This document shows positions 33,939 through 42,600 of a DNA stretch of 64,000 nt, one piece after another. Below the pieces are notes generated by a model, which saw only the letters and a list, made by a program, of their open reading frames with translations, was not told where the DNA came from and searched no databases. The stretch is taken from positions 1,545 through 65,544 of the forward strand of contig DASYAO010000147.1 in NCBI GenBank assembly GCA_036501285.1. The letters are read 5' to 3'. The stretch is from Gaiellaceae bacterium. Its GTDB lineage: Bacteria > Actinomycetota > Thermoleophilia > Gaiellales > Gaiellaceae. Made by a program: the position numbers and the translations under genes. The number at the start of each line of letters is the position of its first letter. Position 1 is the first letter of the stretch.

Positions 33939-34915
33939 CGTCGCACCCTCGGGTCGAGCCAGCCGTAGAGCATGTCGACGGCGAAGTTCGCCGCGAGCAC
34001 GCTGATCGTGATCACGAGGAAGAGCGCCTGCATCAACGGGTAGTCCTGATTCACGACCGCCGTGTAGAGCAGGTGGCCGATACCCGGGTACCCGTAAACG
34101 ACCTCCGTCAGGATCGAGCCGCTGACGACGAACCCGAGCGCGAGCCCGAATACGGTCAGGTTCGGGAGGATCGCGTTGCGGGCCGCGTAGCGCAGCGCGA
34201 TCCGCCGCTCGGGCAATCCGTTCGCCTGGGCAAAGGTGATGTAGTCCTCACCGAGGGTGTTGATCATGTTGTTTCGCATTCCCAGCACCCAGCCGCCGAG
34301 TCCTGAGACGAGGATCGTGATCGCAGGCAGCAAGCTGTGGTGGATCGCGTCGCCGAGAAAGCCGAAGCTCCAGTTCGGCGAGGCGCTGTTGCCGTAGCCG
34401 CCTGAGATCGGGAACCAGCCGAGCTTGAAGCCGAAGACGAAGAGCAGCAACAGCGCCGTCCAGAAGTACGGGAACGCCGACGTGAACGTCGAGCCGACGG
34501 TGGCGGCGGTGTCGAGCATCGTGCCGCGGCGCCACGCCGCGGCCACGCCGATCAGCGTCCCGACGACGAACGCCAGGAGAGTGACGACGCCGACGAGGAC
34601 GAGCGTCCAGGGAAGCGCCGCCCCGATCACGCTCGACACCGACTCCGGGAAATAGCTGTACGAGACGCCGAAATGGCCCCGCACGATGTCGTGCAGGTAC
34701 TGCCAGTACTGCGACCAGATGGTGCCGTGCGGCACGCCGAGTGTGACCTCGATCGCCTTCCGTTCGGCCGGGTCGACAGCGCCCACCCCTTGGAACTTGG
34801 CGAGTGCCGCGTCGGCCGGCGAGCCCGGCATCAAGCGTGGGATGCCGAAGTTGAGCGTGATCGCCGCCCAGAGCGTGACGAGCAGGATCAGAACTCGGCG
34901 CGCCGCGTACTTCAT
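33935..34915 (-). CDS. Opp/Dpp-type ABC permease (OppB-like)
   Basis: 326 aa. MKYAARRVLILLVTLWAAITLNFGIPRLMPGSP is the canonical OppB/DppB N-terminus. Confidence 0.85.
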   Translation of the reverse strand: MKYAARRVLILLVTLWAAITLNFGIPRLMPGSPADAALAKFQGVGAVDPAERKAIEVTLGVPHGTIWSQYWQYLHDIVRGHFGVSYSYFPESVSSVIGAALPWTLVLVGVVTLLAFVVGTLIGVAAAWRRGTMLDTAATVGSTFTSAFPYFWTALLLLFVFGFKLGWFPISGGYGNSASPNWSFGFLGDAIHHSLLPAITILVSGLGGWVLGMRNNMINTLGEDYITFAQANGLPERRIALRYAARNAILPNLTVFGLALGFVVSGSILTEVVYGYPGIGHLLYTAVVNQDYPLMQALFLVITISVLAANFAVDMLYGWLDPRVRR

Positions 34916-34916
34916 G

Positions 34917-36575
34917 TCAGGTCGCTGCCTTCAGGTGGGTGACGATCTCGAGCGGCGCCTCGTTGTAGGGGATCGGCGGCGCGTACGGATCGGAAGCCGA
35001 CGGCCATCCCGTGAACGACTTGGTCGAGTACTCGCCCCAGTTGGCACCGTAGAAGAGCGCGATCACGGGCACCTGCTGGTACATGATCCGCTCGAGCCCC
35101 GCCGCGTCCTGCATCTGCTTCGTCTTCGAGGTCGTCGAGCGGAACTCCGCGAGCAGCTTGTCGGTCTGCTGGTTCTTCCAGCGTTCGAAGTTCGACGCGG
35201 CCGGCTTGCCGACCGGTGCGGTCAGGCTCGACGAGAGCAGGTTGCTCAGGTCGATGTACGGGCTCCCCGTGCCGCCGAATCCACCGAGCGCGGTGTCGTA
35301 GCTGCCGTTCTGCAGCGAGCTGAAGTACTCGGCGTACTGCGGCGTCTGCAGCGACACGTTGATTCCGGCCTGGCGCAGCTGCTGCTGGATCACCTGTGCG
35401 CCCTGTAGCCAGTCGGTGAAACCGCTGACGGTCGTCAGCGAGAAGCTGACTTGCTTGCCATTCGGCCCGATCAGCTTGCTCCCATGCTTGTGATAACCGG
35501 CCTTCGCGAACATCGCCTGTGCTTTGGACGCGTTGTAGGCGACGTCGCCCTGCGAGGGCAGCGACGACGAGAGCCATTGCTTCAGGTTCGGCAACAGCAA
35601 CCCGCTCTGGCTCGCCGCCTGCACGTAGCCGTCCTCCGCCTTCGTCGCGATCTCGTTGCGGTTGAGCGCATAGGAGAGTCCCTGGCGGAACGCGAGCGAG
35701 TTGAACGGGGCCTTTGTCAGGTTCAGGTAGAGCGTGATCGTTCCGCCCGGCGGGAACCAGAACGCGTTGTGCGCCGAGTCGTTCGAGACCCAGGTCTTCC
35801 TCACGTTTGGGATGAACAAGGTCGCCCAGTCGTACGCGCCCCTCGAGAGCTGGAGCTGCGAGGTCTGGTTGCCGGTCAGCGCCGGGAACACGAGCTCGGA
35901 CGCGGCGACTTTGTTCGCCTGCCAGTAGTTCGGGTTCTTCTTCAGCGTGTACTGATTCGGGTTGAACGAGTCGAGCAGGTACGGGCCGGTCACGACCGGA
36001 TCGGGATTCGTGTCCGTCGTCGGGTTCGAGATCCCCGCCCAGATGTGCTTCGGCACGATCAGGGTCGAGGCGACCTGTTGCGCGAACGGCACATCAGCCG
36101 TCTTGAACGTGAACGTGACGGTCCGGCCCTTTGCCGAAACGGACCCGACGTGCTGCCAGATCCCGGTCGAATCGAGGCCCGCGTTCTTCTTCAGCAGGTC
36201 GAACGTGAAGACGACGTCGGCCGCCGTGAACGACTTGCCGTCACTCCACTTGACACCTCTGCGGATCGTGAACTGCAGCGTCTTCGGGTTGACGAAGCGG
36301 TGACCGGTCGCGAGGAACGGCGTGTAGGCGCCGTTCAACGGATTCACGAACTCGAGCGGCTCGTACATGTAGTAGACGCCGGTGCGCTTGCTGCCCGAAT
36401 ACGGGTTGAAGTTGCGCTGCAGCGTCGGCGAGCCGTTGTCGACTCCGATCGTCAGGGTGTTCCCGCTCACCGCGTGCTTGCTTGGCGATGAACCGGCGGC
36501 GAGCGCGCCTGCGACGATCGCGAGCGCGACAACCACCGTCACCGCAGTCACGTTGCGTATGCGACTGCGCCTCAT
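34917..36575 (-). CDS. Family-5 (peptide/oligosaccharide) extracellular substrate-binding protein
   Basis: 552 aa. The N-terminal hydrophobic segment has no Cys. Motifs: LTIGVDNGSPTLQRNFNPY, GVKWSDGKSFTAADVVFTF and GPYLLDSFNPNQYTLKKNPNYW. SD AAGGAGG is present. Confidence 0.85.
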   Translation of the reverse strand: MRRSRIRNVTAVTVVVALAIVAGALAAGSSPSKHAVSGNTLTIGVDNGSPTLQRNFNPYSGSKRTGVYYMYEPLEFVNPLNGAYTPFLATGHRFVNPKTLQFTIRRGVKWSDGKSFTAADVVFTFDLLKKNAGLDSTGIWQHVGSVSAKGRTVTFTFKTADVPFAQQVASTLIVPKHIWAGISNPTTDTNPDPVVTGPYLLDSFNPNQYTLKKNPNYWQANKVAASELVFPALTGNQTSQLQLSRGAYDWATLFIPNVRKTWVSNDSAHNAFWFPPGGTITLYLNLTKAPFNSLAFRQGLSYALNRNEIATKAEDGYVQAASQSGLLLPNLKQWLSSSLPSQGDVAYNASKAQAMFAKAGYHKHGSKLIGPNGKQVSFSLTTVSGFTDWLQGAQVIQQQLRQAGINVSLQTPQYAEYFSSLQNGSYDTALGGFGGTGSPYIDLSNLLSSSLTAPVGKPAASNFERWKNQQTDKLLAEFRSTTSKTKQMQDAAGLERIMYQQVPVIALFYGANWGEYSTKSFTGWPSASDPYAPPIPYNEAPLEIVTHLKAAT

Positions 36576-38425
36576 CAGTTACCTCCTTTTCCGTTGTCTC
36601 CGATCCCGATGCGAGGCTCCAGCCGCACCCGGGCAACACCGGGCATCGGAAGTTCGAATTCGAGCTCGACCACGCCCTGATCGAGCTCGATCACTCCAAG
36701 CTCTTGCTCATCGAGACGGTCGGCGCGCCGCAGCGCCTGCCACTGCTCCGGCGACGGCCAGTCGATGTCCGCGGGGACGTGGCGGACGATGTTCGAGTGC
36801 CGGCTGTCGATTCGTGCGAGCCGGCCGTCGTACGCGAGTGCGTCGAGCCCCGCGACGCGAAGTTGCACCTTTCGGTCGAGGGCTCGCTTACCCGATACGT
36901 CCCGCCCGTTGAGCGCTCCGTTCCAGACGAGTACGTCGACACGCCCGTTCTCGCGCGCGGCCCACGACTCGACAAGCGCGTCGGCGCCGTCGCCGCCGAC
37001 GTGTGTCGTGAGCAACTCGTCGCCGAGTTCGGCCGCGAGTCGAATCGCCCAGTAGCGCGGCTTTCGCAGATTGCCGACCGTCAGCAGCCCGAAGCCGCCG
37101 TGGAGCAGTCGGCGCGGACGGCCGAGTTCCTCGAAGTGGTCGCTGATCACCCAGTAGGCGAGCGCGTCGAGCCGTCCCTGCGCCGCCTTCAGGCCACGCA
37201 GCACGAACGGCGCCCCGTACGGGGTGTCGTGGAGCGGCGCGAAGTGGGTCGCGCCGTCGCCCCACTCCGTCCACCAGATCTCGATCTGCTCGAGCCCGTG
37301 GCGGCGCAGCGCGGCCCGCAGGTCGAGCGGGACGTTGCCGTACGTGTGCGTCGAGAGGAAGTCGAGCGGCGTGCCGGTCTCGGCGACGAACGCGACGAAA
37401 TCCTCGACCCACTCCGTCGCCGCCGTCGCCGGGCCTCCGACGAGAAGCCGTTCGTCGACCGCCTTGATCGCGCGCGCCGTCTCTTCGTAGAGCCGGAAGT
37501 ACTCCGCTTGCGTACCCGTCCAGAAGACGCGCAGGTTCGGCTCGTTCCAGACCTCGAAGCCGAACCGCGCAACCTCGTCGATTCCGTAGCGCTCGACGAG
37601 ATGGGATGCGAGCCGGCTGCAGAGCTCGGCCCAGACAGACCAGTCGCGCGGCGGCGAGATGATGCCGCGGTAGTCGAAGACGGTCGCGGTCGGATCGCCG
37701 GCAAGCGCCCGCGGCATGAATGAGAGCTCGACGACAGGCCGCAGCCCGAGTCCGAGCAGCTCGTCGTAGACGACGTCGACGCGGCTGAAGTCGTAGTCGG
37801 GGCTCCCGTCTTTCCAGGAGAAGACGGCGAGGTCGTCATGCAGGATCGCGTGCGCGCGAACGCGCTCGACGCCGAGCTCGCTCCGAGCCTGCCCAAGCGC
37901 GTCGCGAAACTCGGCGCCCACCCGATTGCCGAATCCGTCCTCTTTCTCGCCGAGCTGCGAGAGACGCTCAGAGCCGATGAGCCGCCAGACGCGCTCGAGC
38001 GAGCCGGCGGGCTCACCCGCGTCGACGGCCACCGTGACGGGCTCCGACGGACCGGAAAGCGCCGCCGATTCGACGATCGCCGAGCGCGGGCCCGGCTCGA
38101 GACTCGCGTCAACGACGGCGGCGAGCGCGTAGCGGTAAGTCGTGCCGATGGCGACGTCGGTGTCGGCGTACGGAGGCGCGGGTACCGCGGGCACGTCGCT
38201 GCCGCCGTGGTCGAGCGCCGCGAAACCGTCGCCGGCGTCGCGGTAGATGATGTATCCGGCCGCGCCGTCGACCGGAGACCAGCGGAGGGTCACCTGGCCC
38301 GCGCCTGCTTCGGCCGTCAGCGACTGCGGCGGGTCGAGGACTAGATTCGCGTGCCCATGGTCGGAGCGCAGGCCCGCCTTCTGCTCCCACTCGGAGCGCG
38401 CTCCGCCAACGCTCGTGCTACTCAT
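36575..38425 (-). CDS. GH39-like glycoside hydrolase (beta-xylosidase-like) with N-terminal FN3-like domain
   Basis: FEVWNEPNL is the acid/base Glu context and IWWTEWG is the nucleophile Glu context. The N-terminal LTAEAGAGQVTLRWSPVDGAAGYIIYRD is FN3-like. ATG 38425 overlaps the lacI-family stop by 8 nt. No signal peptide. Confidence 0.7.
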   Translation of the reverse strand: MSSTSVGGARSEWEQKAGLRSDHGHANLVLDPPQSLTAEAGAGQVTLRWSPVDGAAGYIIYRDAGDGFAALDHGGSDVPAVPAPPYADTDVAIGTTYRYALAAVVDASLEPGPRSAIVESAALSGPSEPVTVAVDAGEPAGSLERVWRLIGSERLSQLGEKEDGFGNRVGAEFRDALGQARSELGVERVRAHAILHDDLAVFSWKDGSPDYDFSRVDVVYDELLGLGLRPVVELSFMPRALAGDPTATVFDYRGIISPPRDWSVWAELCSRLASHLVERYGIDEVARFGFEVWNEPNLRVFWTGTQAEYFRLYEETARAIKAVDERLLVGGPATAATEWVEDFVAFVAETGTPLDFLSTHTYGNVPLDLRAALRRHGLEQIEIWWTEWGDGATHFAPLHDTPYGAPFVLRGLKAAQGRLDALAYWVISDHFEELGRPRRLLHGGFGLLTVGNLRKPRYWAIRLAAELGDELLTTHVGGDGADALVESWAARENGRVDVLVWNGALNGRDVSGKRALDRKVQLRVAGLDALAYDGRLARIDSRHSNIVRHVPADIDWPSPEQWQALRRADRLDEQELGVIELDQGVVELEFELPMPGVARVRLEPRIGIGDNGKGGN

Positions 38426-39458
38426 CGCCGTTCTCCGTGCAGCCGCAGCTCTTGCGAACAATGAGGCCGGCCGGCAGCGCGAGCATCACGGGCTCGACAT
38501 CCGGCTGCTCGATCCGGCGCGACAGGAGCTGGGCACACTTCTCGCCGATCGCGCGCATCGGCTGGCGCGCAGTGGTCAGCGCGGGCGTGACATGACGGGC
38601 GAGCGGGATGTCGTCGAAACCGGCGAGCGCGACGTCACCCGGTACGTCGAGTCCCGCATGGGCTAGCGCGCGCATCGCCCCGACCGCCATCTGGTCGTTG
38701 CCGACGACGAGCGCCCGCGGCGGACGATGCCGTTTGCTGAGGAGCTGCTCGACGGCGTTCTCGCCTCCGCTCTCCGTGAAGTCGCCGCCGACCTCGGGTT
38801 GCTTGGGAGCGTCGAGGCCGGCATCGCCGAGTGCGCGCCGGTAACCGTTGAAACGAGCGCGAGCCTCCGCCGAGCGCTTCGGTCCCGCGACGAACGCGAC
38901 GTCGCCGAAGCCGTGCTCGAGCAAGTGCTCGGTCACCGCGCGCGCCCCGCCGAAGTTGTCGACGCAGATCGAGTCGACGTCAACCGATCCGCGACCGGCC
39001 GCGAAACAAGCGACCGGAACCCGAGCCGCCAACCGGCGCAGATCGGTCGCCGACAAGCTTCCCGCCATCACCGCAAGCCCGTCGACCTTCGTCGCCAACT
39101 CGAACACTTGCCCATGGCCCGAGACCGAATGCGTCGACGCCAGCAGAATCGCATCCCCTGCACGGCGCGCAGCGCGCTCGGCGCCGCGCACGATCTCATG
39201 CGAGTAAAACGGCGTCACTCCGTCCGACGTAGCGGACTCCTCCAGGTCGCAGAAGACGAATCCGAGGACTCCGAGCCGCTTCCGCGCCAGCCCGCGAGCC
39301 GCACCGTTCGCGACGTAACCGAGCCGCTCGATCACTGCACCGACGCGCTCTCGCGTCAGCTCGGAAACGCCGTTCTGACCGTGCAGGACTCGAGACACGG
39401 AGGCGATCGAAACACCCGCCTCGCGCGCAACCTCGTAGATCGTCACGCGACCACCCAT
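38418..39458 (-). CDS. LacI-family transcriptional regulator
   Basis: The HTH is VTIYEVAREAGVSIASVSRVLHG, followed by a periplasmic-binding-protein-like sugar-binding core. ATG 39458 places the HTH at the usual position. The longest ORF starts at GTG 39488. Confidence 0.8.
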   Translation of the reverse strand: MGGRVTIYEVAREAGVSIASVSRVLHGQNGVSELTRERVGAVIERLGYVANGAARGLARKRLGVLGFVFCDLEESATSDGVTPFYSHEIVRGAERAARRAGDAILLASTHSVSGHGQVFELATKVDGLAVMAGSLSATDLRRLAARVPVACFAAGRGSVDVDSICVDNFGGARAVTEHLLEHGFGDVAFVAGPKRSAEARARFNGYRRALGDAGLDAPKQPEVGGDFTESGGENAVEQLLSKRHRPPRALVVGNDQMAVGAMRALAHAGLDVPGDVALAGFDDIPLARHVTPALTTARQPMRAIGEKCAQLLSRRIEQPDVEPVMLALPAGLIVRKSCGCTENGDE

Positions 39459-39600
39459 CAACGTAAGCGCTTTCTCGACGGGTGTCACCGATCACTCAGC
39501 ACGCGAAACACAGGTCCCGCCTGGTCTCCTTTTGGGCCTACCTACCCAGAGGCAGAGCCGATCCACGGCGACGTCGGTGGCGAGCTCTGACCAGATCTCG

Positions 39601-39638
39601 GAACGGATTGACCGTTCTAGCCAGCCCCGAGGGGCTGG
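39601..39638 (-). terminator. Two adjacent hairpins 11 nt downstream of the giant ORF stop
   Basis: The first is CCAGCCC-CUCG-GGGCUGG (39621-39638). The second is GAACGG-UCAAU-CCGUUC (39601-39617). Neither has a U-tract. The second could instead be an operator for the downstream LacI operon. Confidence 0.4.
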
Positions 39639-39649
39639 CGGAGGCGGCG

Positions 39650-42600
39650 CTAGATCGAGACGGTGACGCTCTTCGACTGGTTGCTCGTGAGGCCGAGCAG
39701 CGGCTCGGTCTGCGCCGCCGTGAGCGCGTGCTTGCCCGACGTGAGCGTCGTCACCGTCTCCGTCCAGGCCCCACCGACGCAACCCACGGCGCTGCCCACA
39801 GTCGCGGCGCCCTGGTACAGCTGCACCTTGTCACCGGCCGCGCAGGTTCCGTTCAACGTGACCTTCCCGCCGCTCGGCGTTCCGGCGACGATCGTCGGCG
39901 CACCCGGCACCGCGACGCCGTTGACGGTGATGCTCGAGCTCGCGACGCTGACGAGCGTCGAGACCGGGTCGACCTCGGTCGCGTAGAAGACGTGCGTCCC
40001 TGACGAGAGGTTGACCGCAAACGACCAGGTGCCGCTGGCGAGCGTGATCTTGACCTTGCCGATCAGCGAGCCGTCCTCGTAGATGGAAACGGTGTCTCCG
40101 ACGGTGCCCGTGCCGTTAAGGGTGAATGACAGCGGCGTGTTCGCGGGCGCTGTGACGGTCGGCTGAGGCGTCGGCTTGAAGACGTTGACGACGAAGCTCC
40201 TCGAGGGCCTGCTCGCAATGCCGGTGATGCGATCGGTGTCGACGGCGGTCAGCGTGTGCGCGCCGAGCCCGTTCAGCGTCACCTGCAGCGTCCAGTTGCC
40301 GAGGGCGCTCACGATCGCCGTTCCGATCTTCGTCGCGCCGTCGTAGACGGTGATGACCTCGCCGGCCGTGCCGGTCCCCGTCAGCGTCGTCATCGACAGG
40401 GTGTTGACGGGCCCGTTGATCGTCGGCGCCGGCGGCGGGGTCGGCTGGACGTAGAAGGGCGTCATCACGAAGAACTCGTCGCGATCGCCACCCGGCCCGA
40501 AGTCCGGGTCGAGATCGAGGCTGTACGACGCGATCCACGGGCTCGGCGAGACGAGACCCTGCGCCGAGCCGAAGACCGAGAACTGCCGCGCCCACTGGGT
40601 CATCAGCTGCGCGACGAGATCGCCCTCGTGCTCGACGTTGCCGATTCCGTGGATGAGCTGGCCGCCGGCAAGGAGGCACTTGTTGTCGTTGCCGGGGCCG
40701 TCGCAGCTGACCAGGTTGTCGCCGGTGCCGACGGTGACCGTGTCGTCGCCGCTCTGGGCGAAGACGACGTTGCTGCCGTTGCCGGCCGTGATCGTGTCGT
40801 TGCCGCCGGAGATGTCGGTGTTGTGCTGATTGTCGAGCGCGCCGGGCAGGTCGCCCCACCAGCCGCGGTCGTCGACGTCGTGCGGATGCGAGGCCATGTC
40901 GACGACGGCGTTGAGGATGTCGTCGGCATCGGGCTTCGCGTGGGCCCACGGCGGCGTCGGCGGACCGTTCGGAGGCAGCACCTCGTTGGTCGCGACGTCC
41001 GCGAGGTTGTCGCCCCAGACGAGGTTGTTCCCGTCGCCGAGCGTGATCGTGTCGCTACCGAGCGTGACGTTGTCGCCGGGCGCATGGTCGGGTCCGAACG
41101 GCGGGCCGAACGGCGGACCAAAGGCAGGCCAGAGCCAATTGCCGGACCCAGGCGGGCCGCAGCAGGGCCACGGCCACGGACCGGGCCACGGGCCATGCGG
41201 CCCGCACGGGCAGAGCCACGGCCCCGGCCAGACGAGCGGTGCGGGGCTGCCGTCCGGGTTCTGGAACAGCGGCTTGCCGCCGAGCGAGATCGTGACCGAC
41301 GGCGTCTCGACGAGGTAGTCGTCGCCGACGACCAGGTTGTTGCCGCTCGCAGTGTGGCGGAAGAAGTAGGAAATCGTGTCGTCGCCGACGTTCAGATTGT
41401 CGACGTGGTACGTGAGCTCGGTCGCCGGCTTGCCGTTCTTCTGCACGACCGTCGAGATCTGGTCGAGCAGATGGTGCTGGTCGGTCACGAGCTCGCGTCC
41501 GACGAGCAGCAGACCGTCACTGGCGGTGTCGAGCGCGTCGACGATCGCGTCGGACTCGTCGGCGAGCCCGACGTTCGTGAGGATGTTCGGCGCCAGGATG
41601 CTCAGGTCGTCGCCGACGATCGTATTGGACCCGTCTCCGAATGAGATCGAGTCGTCCCCGATGTTGAGGGTCGCATCGACGACCGTGTTCGTCAGGGGCG
41701 GCGCCGGCGTGCCGTCGGTGGCGACCTCGGCCACTTCGATACCGGCAGTGAGCACTGCGAATTCCGCCGTCGCCGTCAGCAGCGTCGCCGCCATCTGCAG
41801 CCCGGTGAGAACGGTCGCGGGGTTCGTCAGGTCGACCGTCTGCGAGAACTCGGTCAGATCGTCGCCGACGATCAGGTTCGTCCCGTTGCCGGCGGCGATC
41901 GTGTCGTTGCCGTCGAGCTGGCCGAGATGGTTCGCGATGTCGGGGACGAAGCTCGCGACCGGCGCCCACTGCGTGCCGCCGGCGCCCGGGATGTAGTTGG
42001 CGGACGGCAGCCCGGCCTCGTCACCTGTCAGCTGCGGGAGGATCGCGTTGAAGGCGTCGACGTCGTCATTCGGCACGACGGACGTCCACGGGAACACGAC
42101 ATTCCCGCTCAGGCCGTCGGCGGCGCCGAACGGACCGCCCGGGCTCTGCAGGAGCAGGCCGTTGGCGACGTTCGGTGCGTTGCCGTCGGAGGTGTCGATC
42201 GTCGCGTTGTCGCCGACGACGGTGTTGTTGCCGTCGCCGACCGTGAGGACATCGTCGCCGGTGCCACCGGACAGGAAGCTGTTGCCGCTGCCGTCGACGA
42301 GGAGGTCGTTGCCGCCCTCACCGAAGAGTTGGTCGTTGCCCTCGCCGCCGTAGAGCTGGTCGTTCCCGTCGGCAGCGAGCTGGATGGTGAGCAGATCGAG
42401 GTTCCACGAGCCGTCGGGGTTGAGGACCGGCATGCCGTTCGCGTACTGGACGGCGAGGAGGAGCAGGCTGGCAGCATCGAGCTGCTGCTCGAGCGCGACG
42501 GTCGGAATCGGATTCGTCCAGCTCGGCGGCGGGCCGGTGAAGGTCAGCGGGATCGTCGCGGTGACCGTGCCGACTTCGAGCAGCTGGATGTTGTTCTGCG

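Noticed and set aside
39601-39617. Palindrome GAACGG-N5-CCGTTC as the LacI-family operator of the glycan operon
   Set aside because: The odd 5-nt centre and lack of a central CG do not fit typical LacI/CcpA-type operators. It lies directly after another hairpin downstream of the giant gene's stop, so a terminator role is at least as likely. I kept it as a low-confidence terminator feature.
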